Source: Paraspadella gotoi
Taxonomy: Eukaryota > Animalia > Chaetognatha
Direction of reading: 5' to 3'
Length of the DNA stretch: 64,000 bases
Assembly (NCBI GenBank): GCA_051294375.1
Contig: CM119267.1
Coordinates: 4,505,438 to 4,569,437, forward strand
The position numbers and the translations under genes were made by a program. Positions 11,843 through 24,324 of this stretch are shown here, one piece after another; the first letter of the stretch is position 1; each line of letters begins with the position of its first letter. Below the pieces are notes generated by a model. The model was given only the letters and a program-made list of their open reading frames with translations. It had not been told where the DNA came from and did no database searches.

Positions 11843-13378
11843 TAGAAACGCGATGTCTTGCCGTAAAGTAAACAAAAACGATAATTAATTTTTAAATTTT
11901 TTTTTTAACAATAATTACTCTGGCGTCTCTAAATTAGGCCGAATATTTTTCCTGCTAAAAAAGAAGTCATGTTCATTCGTCATAAACGAGGGGAAAAAAA
12001 TTAGCTAAATTCATTTGTTTTAATTAAAACTAAATTTTTTTTGCAAAGGAGGGTATTTTTGTGAAATGATGCGTCTTTGCATCGCTTTATAATCCTTTTG
12101 TAATTAGACGAAAGACTCAAAGAGGCATTATGATAAAATGATATTAATCAGAATAAAATTATGCAGCCGGCTTCAATAAACAAGTATTTTTTTAAAACAC
12201 AAAATAACCAACATTTACAGTTAATACCTGTATTTTACGAAGAGTAAGTGGACGCACGTAATCGCATCTAAACCTTTTTTTAAAAAAAATAAATACTTAA
12301 AATCTCCGAATTAGTCGATTCTTCCCATTCCCTAATTTTTAACCGTCGCCTCTTCATTCGCCGATAACTTTGTTTTTGTGTCAAATCCTCATAAACGAAA
12401 AAAAGAGAAACAAAATAACAAAATAAAACTGAAACAATAACCATACAAAATAAACAATACCACCCAATTTAAAAAAAAAAAAGGGCAATGAATCTGAAGC
12501 TGCAACTGAGCCTCTTCCTCCTCCTCTGCCTCCTCTTCCTCCTCAGCTCCGGTCAGACGAACCGTCGACGAAAGGTTTGGGGGTTAGAAACGCGATGTCT
12601 TGCCGTAAAGTAAACAAAACGGAATTAATTTATTTAATTTTTTGTTTAACAATAATTACTCTGGCGTCTCTAAATTAAGGCCGAAGTATTTTCACCGGGT
12701 GCTAAAAAGAGAGTCATGTTCATTCGTTATCAAACGAGCGGGAAACAAAATTAAGCTATAATTGCATTTGTTAAATTAAACTAAATTTTTTTTGAAAGGA
12801 GGGTATTTTGTGAAATGATGGCGTCTTTGCATCGCTTTTCATTAATCCTTTATTGTAATTCACGAACCGACAAGCTCAAAGAAGCGCAATTATGATAAAA
12901 TGAGATATTCAGTAATAAAATATATGCAGCCGGCTTCAATAAACACGTATTTTTTTTAAAAACACAAACTAAATACCAACATTTACAGTTATATAACCTG
13001 TATCTTTACGAAAGAGTAAGTGGAGCACCGTAATCGCATCTAAACCTTCTTTTTTAAAAAAAAATAAATACTTAAAATCTCCTGAAATAAGTCGTTTCTT
13101 CCATTCCCTTAATTTTAACCGTCGACACTTCTCATTCGCCGATAAGACTTTGTTTTTGTGTCAAAAATCCTCATAAACGAAAAAAAGACAAACAAACATA
13201 GACAAAATAAACACTGAAACAATAACCATACAAATAAACAATAACCACCCCATTTAAAAAAAAAAAAAAAAGGGCAAGAATCGTGAAAGCTGCAACTGAG
13301 CCTCTTCCTCCTCCTATCTGCTCGCTCCTTCCTCCTCAGCTCCGGTCAGACGAACGTCCACGAAAAAGGTTTGGAGTT
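11843..13378 (+). repeat. Tandem duplication of about 740 bp (11843-12584 clean; 12585-~13378 indel-rich)
   Basis: TAGAAACGCGATGTCTTGCCGTAAAG occurs at both 11843 and 12585, and the downstream sequence is collinear. Confidence 0.9.
12488..12584 (+). CDS. Clean copy of the 5' end (signal peptide) of the mucin-like secreted protein gene, truncated at a duplication junction
   Basis: MNLKLQLSLFLLLCLLFLLSSGQTNRRRKVWG, after which the sequence restarts as a copy of 11843 onward. Confidence 0.6.
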
Positions 13379-13941
13379 TGGACCGCAATTGAGGAAGAGA
13401 CTGAAGGGCGCAGAAAGGGGAGAGGGCGGAGAGGAACGAGGGGGCGTCGGGGGGGAGAGTCAGGGGGAGAGGAGGTGGAAACGAGGAGAACCACCGCTGC
13501 TGAACCACAACGTACCCGCAGCGAACGACTGACGTCACGAGGCGGAGAGCGACNNNNNNNNNNNNNNNNNNNNNNNNNAACCTCGACGAGGAGGTCGAGG
13601 TGGAGAACGAGGAGAACGTCGCCCACGACCACCACAACGCCGACGACCACTACGACGACCACAACGACGACGACTACCACTCCTGAACCTACTACGACCA
13701 CGACTACCACGACTACCAAACCAACCACTACTACGACCACTACTACGACAAAAGCGACCACTAAGACAACGACCACTAAACCCACGACGACGAAGAAGAC
13801 GACGACGCCGACGACGACGACGACGACGAGAACGTCGAGAAGAAGGAAAATCGTGCGTCCATCGCCAAAGAACAACAACAACAACGACGAAGAAGAGAGA
13901 CGCCGTCCGCGAGGGTTTTTCATGGACGCTTCAAGAACACG
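13277..13941 (+). CDS. Mucin-like secreted protein exon 1 (signal peptide, acidic/Gly segment, Thr-rich stalk); indel-rich sequence
   Basis: Degraded second copy of the 12488 signal sequence continues into E-rich and PTTTTT..KPTTTKKTTT repeats. Ends RPRGFFMDASRT-CG|GTGATT (phase 2), matching the next acceptor. Confidence 0.6.
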
Positions 13942-14256
13942 GTGATTATTGGGCGTTTGTATAATGTATAATGTATAATGTTTAATTTATAATGCTTAGC
14001 CTGTACAATGCTTAGGCTGTACATGAGACAAGATAGCTTATTTATTGAATGAATGGATAATTTTATATTGGTTGTCCCTATTTCATAGCGAAGAGATCCT
14101 TATGGTAAACTTTTGCATTAATTGATTGATTTGAAGACGATCGGATTACATTCTACTATTGTTTAAATCTGTTAAAAATCCAGCCCATGCTGCCAGCACG
14201 TATTTTGCACCCTACACACTTATCACACAGTACACAGTCATCTTCCTCTTCTACAG

Positions 14257-14422
14257 GGCGGTGTATCGCGAACTGCTCGACGGTCGGAACACCCTCTCCA
14301 AGGGCTTCAAGGATCAGTTCTTGAAGGACTGCAAGAGAAGGAACCCCCTGTCTTCTTGCGAATCTTACTACGCTGGAGTTATCCACTCTCGAGCCAAGAT
14401 CTTCTACAAGTTTGGAATCTCG
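14257..14422 (+). CDS. Mucin-like secreted protein exon 2
   Basis: Acceptor TCTTCTACAG|G; AVYRELLDGRNTLSKGFKDQFLKDCKRRNPLSSCESYYAGVIHSRAKIFYKFGIS; donor TCG|GTAAGC, phase 0. Confidence 0.7.
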
Positions 14423-14755
14423 GTAAGCCGGTGGGAGGTTTAAGAATCTCGCGTTTCACTATCTCGGCCAATAATCGGAATTTAATAATTTTCATGTATT
14501 GCGTTAACGGAGTTACATTTAGAACCACTAGTGAATANNNNNNNNNNGCAAGAGAAGGAACCCACTGTCTTCTTGCGAATCCTACTACGCTGGAGTTATC
14601 CACTCTCGAGCCAAGATCTTCTACAAGTTTGGAATCTCGGTAAGCCGGTGGGAGGTTTAAGACTCCAGCGTTTCACTAACTCGGCCAATAATCGGAATTT
14701 AATGTTTTTCATGTATTGTGTTAACGGAGTTACATTTAGAACCACCAGTGAATAC
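14331..14755 (+). repeat. Tandem near-duplicate (about 205 bp) either side of a 10-N gap
   Basis: GCAAGAGAAGGAACCC...GTGAATA appears at 14331-14537 and again at 14548-14754 with scattered substitutions. Confidence 0.85.
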
Positions 14756-15121
14756 TGAGCGTGAACAAGATTGAAAAAATTGTTGGTAAATAGCCGAAGG
14801 GCAATTCCGCTGTCGGACTAACTACACTACATCATGGTTTAATTTGCGAGAGTTTGAAAATTTCACATTTTTGTTTTTCGTGACGAATTTCTTTCAAAGT
14901 TACGTAAGAGTTGGTGAAGAAACGTAATTCAACTTGGTTTTTTTTGCAAGAATCATGAATGATAAAAGTAATCATCGTAAAAAACCGGACTAAAAGATTT
15001 TTTTCACCGAACATGAAAATTATTACTACCTCAAAATTTGTTATTTAACCGTTACAAAATTAAATAAAGCGTTCTGAAATATGCAAATGAGATTATAGAC
15101 TCTATGATTTACCATTGTCAG

Positions 15122-15288
15122 TTGGAGGAGTACGAGGAGGAGATGTCCCAAATTCTGGAGAGATGTTTGGACGACCTGGATTCGATCACGAGACCCAAAG
15201 CCAAAGACGAACTCGTCTCGATCCCCGAGAGGCTCAACCGGTGGCGCCTCTGCGTCTACAACGAAACAGTCAACGTCTGGTTTCTTGG
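15122..15288 (+). CDS. Mucin-like secreted protein exon 3
   Basis: Acceptor TGTCAG|TTG, phase 0; LEEYEEEMSQILERCLDDLDSITRPKAKDELVSIPERLNRWRLCVYNETVNVWFL; donor GG|GTGGGA, phase 2. Confidence 0.65.
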
Positions 15289-15642
15289 GTGGGAATTCTG
15301 TTATTGTGGAATGAATGAATGAATTTAATAAATGAATGAATGTATTTAATGAATAAATGAATGAATTAGAGAGTGAATGAGTGAATCAATGAATGTGTGA
15401 ATGAATGAGTGAATCAATCAATAAATCAGTAAATCAATAGATCAATGAATAAACAAACAAATAATAAATAATGAATGAAATTATTTATTGCATTTATCAA
15501 TTAATAAATGAATGCAAAGAAAGAGTTGAGTTAGGCCTCCGTATTTTTTTTCATATATATCTTTTGTTTGAATTAAGTTATATCTACTTACGTCGTATTT
15601 ATTTTCTTTGAAATATTATACCACTTCATTGATAGGGAAGCC

Positions 15643-15830
15643 AGGTACTCTGGGAGTGAATAAACGAGACTGTGAGAGAGTCTTAATTGAAAGCTTGCAG
15701 GGACCTGCTATGTCATTATCTTGTAAGAGTGATGGAGGCCTTAAACCACCAAAGCCTGTCCAAAGTCAGGGGCAAGATAGCTTATTTATTAAATGAATGG
15801 ATAATTTTTATATTGGTTGTACCAATTTCA
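15643..15830 (+). repeat. Dispersed repeat, copy in intron 3
   Basis: Reverse complement found at 16127-16185 plus 16685-16836. Its terminal motif AAGATAGCTTATTTATT.AATGAATGGATAATTTTATATTGGTTGT recurs near 14030 and, inverted, near 5195-5247. Confidence 0.8.
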
Positions 15831-15861
15831 ATTTTATGAATACTTTTTTATTTTTTTTCAG

Positions 15862-16010
15862 ATCTATCTCCGAAGTTAAGCTGCCTTACCTTCTCGGCTG
15901 TCCGGTTGCCATTCCTAACGATGGCATCACCGTCTTCGACGATAACTTACTTCGGTTCTCTCTTACATTTACGACAATCATCTCGTCTCGCTCGCCGACA
16001 TTCACTCCAG
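15862..16010 (+). CDS. Mucin-like secreted protein exon 4 (probable internal indel)
   Basis: Acceptor TTTTTTCAG|A; SISEVKLPYLLGCPVAIPNDGITVFDDN, and in a shifted frame YIYDNHLVSLADIHS; donor CAG|GTCGGT. At 149 nt it needs an indel to join exon 5 in the long frame. Confidence 0.55.
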
Positions 16011-16185
16011 GTCGGTCGGTCGGTCGTTTGGTCGGTCGGTCGGTCGCGTGTTTGTGAGATGGATTGATTAAATAGGACAAACGATTAGTCTAATTTCCCC
16101 CTGTTTTGTTTTATTTTTGTTTTATGAAATTGGTACAACCAATATAAAAGATTATCCATTCATTTAATAAATAAGCTATAGGCTA

Positions 16186-16684
16186 TGTCACGAAACTAGT
16201 AACGAACTAGTCTCAGTGGACCTCTCCTCGTCCGTTGACCCGTCAGGCTGTTACTGGGTGACGCCGTCGTCCACTCGCCTCGTCTTCGCCGGAAGTGGGC
16301 GCGGTCTTGTCCAGCGCCCCGTCGACGGTGTGAAGCCCTGAGTCACTGGCTTTGTGGAAAGGTCCCGAGTCCATCACGAGAGTCTGAGGCTCCGGTCTTG
16401 TGGCCTCTTGGTGGCACTTCGCCCGCAAGTCTCTGGGCTTGTGGTGTACTTGTGGGGCAGTCTTTGGGGCTCGTGGCCCTAACCACAGAACTACTGTAGA
16501 AAATGTAGACTTGAGTGACGTGGCATCTTTGTCCCGTAAAAGGCCGTTTGGGGACGGGTCTGAAGTCTGACTCTGAAAGTGTGTGACTAGAAAAGTGAAG
16601 GAAACAGGTACAGGTAAGGCAAAGAAAGCAGACGAAAAAGTACAAAGGTCAAATGAAACAAGTGAACAACGGCATATCTCATCA
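16186..16684. mobile_element. 499-bp TG...CA insertion flanked by a 19-bp direct repeat
   Basis: ATAAATAAGCTATAGGCTA at 16167-16185 and 16685-16703 brackets a segment starting TGTCACG and ending CA. It interrupts the inverted copy of the 15643-15830 repeat. Confidence 0.55.
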
Positions 16685-16919
16685 ATAAATAAGCTATAGG
16701 CTATCTTGCTATCTTGCCCCTGACTTTGGACAGGCTTTGGTGGTTTAAGTCCTCCATCACTCCTTACAAGAAAATGACATAGCAAGGTTTCAATCAAGAC
16801 TCTCTCGCAGTCTCGTTTATTCACTCCCAGAGTACCTTATTTTACTTTCCATAATATCATTTTCTATCTTCCGAACCTCACCCTTCCTTACCCATTCCTG
16901 TCTCGCCTCCCTTTTGCAG

Positions 16920-17061
16920 AGCCGCCCAAATCGTCTACAAGTGCAGCATAACTGGGACGGTGCTGCGGATGTACCCGTTCCGCCGCTGCATCGACAAAGA
17001 GGTCATCAAATTGGACGCGGAAGTGAGAGAGAAGGAACCGAAGAAGAAGACTTTCGGTTGA
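16920..17061 (+). CDS. Mucin-like secreted protein terminal exon 5
   Basis: Acceptor CTTTTGCAG|A; AAQIVYKCSITGTVLRMYPFRRCIDKEVIKLDAEVREKEPKKKTFG, TGA at 17059-17061. Confidence 0.62.
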
Positions 17062-17300
17062 GGCGAAAAAAAAAATACAGATCGTCTTTTGTTTATCTTT
17101 TTATTTTTGTTTTAAATCGTTTTAAATACATTTCGGTAAAAAATAATTTTGGGCGATGCATGAATTCTGTCATTTTTGTTTTGTGGATATTATTTGTACG
17201 CGAAAGGAGTCGGGCTCTTTGGAAATTAAAAGCTTTATTTAGTAAGCGTGCAGTCTTTTTATAAACATTATTCTCTATCTTTATTTTTAGAATATTTCTA

Positions 17301-17351
<51 letters not shown>

Positions 17352-18842
17352 CTCTCTCTCATTTAAATCGAGTTTCGCGGGCTGAATCCTCGCGCCGATG
17401 GACGAGTATTGCATTGCCACGAAATCAATAATTCTGTCGTCACGTCAAAGAAAGACAAATAGAAAAAAAAGCTTTTTACAATTATAGTTTTTACCCGTAA
17501 GTTTTCGGCTTAATTAAACACCGGCGCAACGAATGTTTTTAAATTTGTTTTGAAAATTTTACTATAATTTTTTTTTTTTTATTTTTTTTTATAACTGCTT
17601 TCGAAGTCGGGTGGGCGGACACGGATACTCGTGTCACTAATAATTAGTCTACGGCCTCGACGCTACCGACGGGATGTTTGGTTCGGCGGTCGATAATGCT
17701 GACAAACGCGACAACGACGATGTAATAAATGGCGAATTCCCCCCAGCTTACGTTGACAAAACGACGACGACGACGCGAACAACCGGCGTTCCGAATCGTC
17801 CCGTTTCCAATTCAGCGAACTTCAACGATTCGCATCCAAACTGTCGCCCGCAACGACTGTGACGTTTACAACAAAACGAAAGATCGACTGAAAAAACAAA
17901 AAGAAACGGAACTAAACCAATTCGCACGACGGAGAAAACAAATAACACAAACGACAAAGAACAATATGCCGCGCGCCGAGAGAGAGGAGAGGCCTAGGGA
18001 TAGGGAGAAAGGGGTCGAGAATCGGAGAGAGCGCGGCGAGGGGTGAGAGGAAGAGACGAGGGTGGAGAGAGAGCAGCCTGAAGAGGGAGACAAAAACGGA
18101 GAGCAACGGAGACAAGACGGAGGAAGAGCAAATAGGAGAGGACAAGAAACGAAACGAAAGAAGTTGCGGAGAGGGGAGAAGAGAAGAGAGAGAGAGAGAG
18201 AGAGAAGAGAGAGAGATGGAGAGAGAGGAGAGAGAGAGATGGCAGAGAGAAGAGAGAGAGAGAAAGAGAGAGAGAGAAGGAGAGAAAAAAAAATCGATGC
18301 GCGGGAAGAAAAGGATTTTTTTCTAACAACGAAAAAAAAAAGCCAACCAAATGCTCTGTCACACCGGATTTCAAACTACGATAATTAATATAAGAATATA
18401 ATATTAATTATGTTTATATGTTACAGGCCTAAAAATGGTTCGACGTAAAATAAAACGTAGTTAATTAATGTATGTCTGTATAAATTTTCGAATTGATATC
18501 TACTAAATTTAATGACCTCTCCCCACTCGAATCCATGATCGACCGAGTCGTGTCGCGTCGCATCTCATTCTCTCTCTCCTCCTCTCTCTTCTCCTCTCTC
18601 TTATTTTTCCTTTTTTATCGGATTTCTTTTTTCCTCGAAAAACCGAAATGGCAAATTTTTCAATTAATATTTAGTTTTAAATACAAAGAGTACGACGACT
18701 AAGTTTTATAATGCATTACTGTCACTTCTCAAACGGACAAACGAAAATTTCTTCATAAACATTTACATTTTTATTATTATCAATAATAAGAGAAGCCGGA
18801 TTCTCTCAACGATCATCAACTACAACAACAGCTCAAAAAACG

Positions 18843-19177
18843 ATGGCAGCTCCTCCTTCGCCGACTTCCGAAGTCGTTTCGATCGCGACGCCTTTCCCCG
18901 CCGCCGTCTCCGCCTCCGCCGCTTCCGCATCCGCATCCGCCGCCGCCGCTTCCCCTCTCCAACCCCTCTCCAGCCCGGTGATCATCCCGCCCTGCTTCTT
19001 CACATGCTCCGCCACCGCCCGCGATTCCCTGCTGACGCTGAGCGACGCCGAACGCGTGGCGGGGCGGTGGGCGGAGTTGGCGCCGGACGAGGTGGGCTCC
19101 GGCGTCGTCGTCGGCGAGAGCGTCGTGCTCATCGTCGTCGCCGTCGTCGGACTCGTCCTCAACGGAATCGCCTTCGG
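18843..19177 (+). CDS. Putative class-A-like GPCR exon: N-terminus and TM1
   Basis: MAAPPSPT... Ser/Ala/Pro-rich N-terminus, then ESVVLIVVAVVGLVLNGIAF, resembling the rhodopsin-class TM1 GxxGN pattern. GT donor at 19178. Confidence 0.55.
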
Positions 19178-19656
19178 GTTGGGGAGGAAAAACTCGATGA
19201 AAAAGACGAGGATTTATATGAAGGCGAGATGGAGGGGGGAGGGGGGGCGTAAGGTGTGTGAATTGAGTGGGTGTCGAGAGGTGAAGGTCGGCGCGAGTGA
19301 ATCTGGGTTCGGTGAAAGCTGCACTCATCAAAAAGTTGCCGGAGAATAGCACCGAGTGGGTACTATTTATCATCTCCTTGGGTTGGAGTCCATTTCGAAA
19401 TATCTAGTGACACTTGTTTCATGAACCTTTTTACAGACAGACTGACTCATGAAAAGAACGAGACGGAACAATTGAGAGACTGATAATGATAATATAGAAA
19501 TAATGATAATATAGAAAAGTCGACAAAAAAAGAAAGGAAATAAAGTGAGACAATCGTCTGAGGTACGCATGAAAAAAAAGTCATACAAAGATACTACGAA
19601 CAACACCTTTAATTCCCGCCGCAAATAAAACTCCCCCCCCCCGGCGCCCCTACCAG

Positions 19657-19830
19657 GCCTTTCGCCAAAGCGGATTTCCATCGCTCTGCGTTTTCTCTTC
19701 ATCGTCAACCAACTCGTCCTTCTACCGCTCTTAAGCTCTCTCCACATCTGAATACAGAGTCGTTCGAGGTGGCGCTCAACTAACTCGGCCTGCAGTCTCC
19801 GAGGTCGCGCTGCTGCTTTTGTTTTATCGA
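19657..19830 (+). CDS. Putative GPCR TM2-ECL1-TM3 exon, error-rich
   Basis: ISIALRFLFIVNQLVLLPLL, then RW...NSAC and, in a shifted frame, EVALLLLFYR. Contains a stop and a frameshift; boundaries approximate. Confidence 0.3.
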
Positions 19831-20241
19831 AGGAATACTTATATTAGTAATGACGATTTACGCAGAGAAAAAGTTTGGGCAGCGCTTCTCTTTCTGCTCT
19901 CTCTCTCTCGTCTCTCTCTCTGTCTCACTTTTCAAACTCTCTCTGCTGCAGCCGTATATTTGCTGGAATTGCAAAAAATTTGTGACAGGAAATCTAAAAA
20001 GCAATGACGACGGACGACGACGACGACGACGAGACGACCGACGACGAACGACGACGACGACGACGAGCTTCGTTAATCGATTTTCCGCATCGCGGCGTCC
20101 GTTCCGCTTTAGGACAGGTTTCCGCCACGCGTCGAGTCCGACATGACAAAGCATGGACATTTGGACAATTGGACAGACACGGACTGTCGAATAGAACAAG
20201 AGAAGTTGAACAGACAGTCAGATAGTTAAATACAGGGTGGA

Positions 20242-20900
20242 TTTTTAGTCGGATCTGCTTCAGCAGATCCGCGTCTCTATAATTCACTTTTTGTCCGGTC
20301 GCGTCGTCCGCCCCCTGCAATCTTGTCGGGCATTCACTTATTATTCAATGTGCAGTAACATCGAATTATGATAAATTATGCAAAAAAAATGAATGTCGTC
20401 ATCCTCTGTCTGTCCGTCTGTCCGTCCCATCGTCCGTCCATCCGCCGTCGCACTTTAGCAAAAACACGCAAATTACTTCGTGATTGGATGGATGGATTGG
20501 ACATGAAAATTTTTGGGTGTGGGTAGCGGAAGTGTGTGATTAAGCTGATAATGAAGTTTCGAATGTTTTTAATCGTCCGAGTGGAAATTAGTTTAAATAG
20601 AAAAAACAAAAAAATATATTTCACTATTTGAACACCAATTACTCATGAGTGAATGGGGCAAATTGACTGAATATTTTGTATTTGGTGGAAAAGTGTGTGA
20701 TTAAACTGGAAATGCAAGTTTTGATGGAATAGTTTTGAGTGGAAAATGAGTTTAAAATGGAAAAAAAAGAACCTGTTTCACTAAATTGATTAATGCTTCT
20801 TTTTCTTTTTATTTTAAATGTAAATGCAAGATATATTAATTAATCAAATAATTAATCAGTTAATTAGTTTAATTAATCAATTAAATAAATGCAGTCGATT
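20242..20900 (+). mobile_element. HINE-like element copy (3' end not resolved)
   Basis: Perfect hairpin GGATCTGC-TTCA-GCAGATCC at 20251-20270, GTCC microsatellite, and the same internal units as 22430-23237. Confidence 0.6.
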
Positions 20901-22429
20901 AATCAATCAATTATTCAATCAATCAAATTACAGGGTAGTTGAATCAAAACTTAGAATAGAATTTTTACAATTAGAATTTCAATGGCTAAAAACTTATTGA
21001 AATTTATTTATAATAGCACAAAATAATCACTGATGTTTTTCTCTTCTCCTGATATAGGTTTTATTTTTTTATGGCTGCGAACCAATACTTCCTAGCGTAT
21101 TGAAAGAAGAACGCAAAAGTTGGTTGAATTTTGCTCCGCGCCGGATTTGCAGGCTTTAAACCACTACTAAATATGTTAACATTTCTAGTATTATGTTATA
21201 TAATAAAAGGTTAATTAAAGAATAGGAATTAACTAGTATTCTAGTTGGGAACCAGTGCACTAAAGGCTAGTCCTATTAGAGCCATATTATAAAGGTGCTG
21301 CAACGCAATAATTGAATTAGCCTCATATGGCTAAAATTGAAAATTCTAAAGAGAGCAAATGAAGAACTCATTTAGAAATATATACTGGGGAGATGTTTCT
21401 GTTATTAGCCCTATGGCGCATAAGCTGGCAGCGTTTGAGAGTTTATTTTTATGCCTTGTTACTAAAAAGCAATTTAAGATGCCTGTAAAATTTTTTTTTT
21501 TCCTTACAGGTTCAACTGTAGTGCCTCTCTGGCTGAGTGCGATCTCTGTAAGCTTATGAAAACAATAACTAAATGAAGTTGGGACTCTATGTATAACATA
21601 TCAAGTTAAATAGCAAAATGTCTAACCTACTGCAAAGCGTCAGATAAATAATAACTTCTTTGTATTTTTGGCTACTGGGGAAAAACGCATTGCTGAGTCT
21701 ACTATAGAGTACTTGAGATTTCCATTTCTTGACATTTATGAGAGGCAATGACCACCTTGGGTTTAATATGTATGGCTGTAACAATGGGCTTATTGCTAAC
21801 AGCTGAAGAAAAATATGAAGAATTCAGATGCAGCAAACATTTGGATTTTTTGACTGCAAGATTTTCGGCTTGATATTATCCAAATATCCATATAATTACC
21901 CTTAACTGTGCTTAGTAGGCGTTTTAAAGAGGGGGGCACCCATATCACTTTTTAACGGGCAAAATAATGATAGGTCTAGGATAAAACCGTTTCTGACTAC
22001 GGCCCAATATTTCAAAGATTTTTTATGAGAGCCAGCTGTGATTCTTTTGGGTGCTGTGGCAGGTGTTGTTTTTGCAACAGCGATTATCGCATGGCATTAA
22101 TAGTTAGAAAAAGGTCTGATTTAAGTATTCCAATTCATATTTTTTTTATTTTAATACAAATAAGTCATAAAATAAAAAAAGTAATACAGATTTTCTAAGT
22201 TTTGAATCCTACAGTATTTTATCTATTAATTATTCAATCAATTTATTTATCAATTAATTATTTAATCAATCAAGTAAATCGTTATCGGCAATTATTGTCG
22301 TCGTCGCATCATCGTCGTCATTGCTTTTGTCGTGGTTAGTGACGATAAGACCAAACTAGTGGCTGCGCCAATACATGTAATCGCTTTCAAAGGCTTAAGC
22401 TGAACTGTTACTGCGGCAATAAATATATA

Positions 22430-23237
22430 TTTTTAGTCGGATCAGGCAGATCCCAACTTCTATAATCATTTTGTCGGTCCGTCGGTCCGCCCCCTCAATA
22501 TTGTCGGGCAACACACTTATATCAATGTAGCAGAACATCCCAATTTAAATGGATAAAAAATTTTTATGCAAAAAATAAAATGATGTACGTCCGTACGTCC
22601 CACCTTAGCAAAACACCATTACTCGTGATTGGATGGATGGATTTTGAATGAAATTTTGTGTGTGGGTAGGGAAGTTGTGTGATTGAGATTAGATTATGAA
22701 GTTTTCAATGAATCGTCCGAGTTTAAATGGAAAAAACAAAAATATATTTGACTATTTGAAACACGCATGCTCATGAGTGGATGGGGCAATTGACCTTGAA
22801 TTTGTATGGTAGGGTAGAAAAGTGTGTGATTTAAGCTGGAAATCAAGTTTCGATGGACCTATCTTAAGTGGAAATAGTTTAGCATGGAAAAAAGAAAAAA
22901 CCTGTTTCAACTAATTCGATTATGCTTTCTTTTTCTATTCAAATATAAATGCAGGAATGTATTAATTAATCAAATAATTAATGCCAAATTAGTCAATAAT
23001 TAATAAATAATTAATCAGTCAATTAAATAAGTCACATCATTATCGGCATTATTCTCATCGTCATTGCTTTTGTCGTGGTTATTGACAAAAAATCTAAAAA
23101 AAAACATTCTGGGATCAAATTAATTAATTGCCTAATTAATTAATTAATTAATCTTGAAATAATTCAATTATTAATTAAAGTGAATTACCGATACTTATCG
23201 TGGACAAGATCCGCATTGTTTGCTCAAACTTGTTTTT
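22430..23237 (+). mobile_element. Non-autonomous Helentron-associated (HINE/DINE-1-like) element, apparently full length
   Basis: T-rich 5' end TTTTAGTCGGATC..GCAGATCC, (GTCC)n-type microsatellite, internal tandem ~170-bp units, 3' AGATCC sub-terminal repeat, then GTTTG-CT-CAAAC hairpin and a T-run. Confidence 0.6.
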
Positions 23238-24324
23238 AAATTTGCATCATTTTTTAACTTTTTTCATTTTTTTATATTTTTCCAGCTTGTAATCGCATTT
23301 TTTAGCTTGCAATTTTTTTTTTTAATCATTTTTTTAGCGTGCATACATTTTTTCAACTTGCATCAAAATTTTTTCAACTTGCATGCATTTTTTCAACTTG
23401 CATACCTATGATGGAGAAAAAAGTGTCGCGTTTGGGAAAAGCCAGTTAATTTTTATTGTCAAATATATTTTTTTGGCTAATAAATAAAGTTTTTAATAGT
23501 AATATGACCTGCCTAAGACTGAATAAAATAATTATTTTTCAACGAATAAATTATTCAATGCATTCCAAAGAGGTTATCTAACTGTTTACACTTCTTTTTG
23601 ATTAAGAGAACTACTCATATTATTGTTAAAATTATATCCTGACATGCTATTTTTTATCAGAATTGGGGCAAAAAATTGTCGTTAGCAAGCAGTGAAAAAG
23701 AGTGATTCCTCCTATAAAGTAAAACCATGCTTGAGCTTGTTCATTGTCTTTCACTTCAACAATAAAATTTTTATTTTTTTATTTTTTGGACTTGTTTGGA
23801 TTTACTCTGATTCTGATATACATCCAAAGTAAATAAAAATGTAACCTTTGCTTAACAGAAAGGTTACCGGAACCTTATACTTTTATTGATACTTTGGCAA
23901 ATTTAAAATAATATTCTGTAACATGCTACAAGCATCAAATGTATTTTTAATATTGCTTTTTTTTTAACATATGAATTAAGATTTATCCCTGAATCTATCC
24001 TAAGAGAGATAATGCAATACCATATTGAAATAAGACTGAGAAAATGGCAGGGAATTTTTAATAGTATTTAATTAAACTAAAAAGTAATAAAAAGAACCGG
24101 AAATGAGTAAATAAAAAAGTATAGATATAAAAGGATAACAATGAAGGAAGCATTTTTTTGGACATACACAATTTTTTTTTCCATGGAACTCCTGTATTTT
24201 TGTCATACATAAATGAGTCACAGCTTATATGAATCACAAAGGCCAAAGTTTCTTAATATCTTAAATTTTATTTTTTGATTCTTTAACATTAAAATTCAAA
24301 AAAGAATAACTTGAAAGTACCTCG

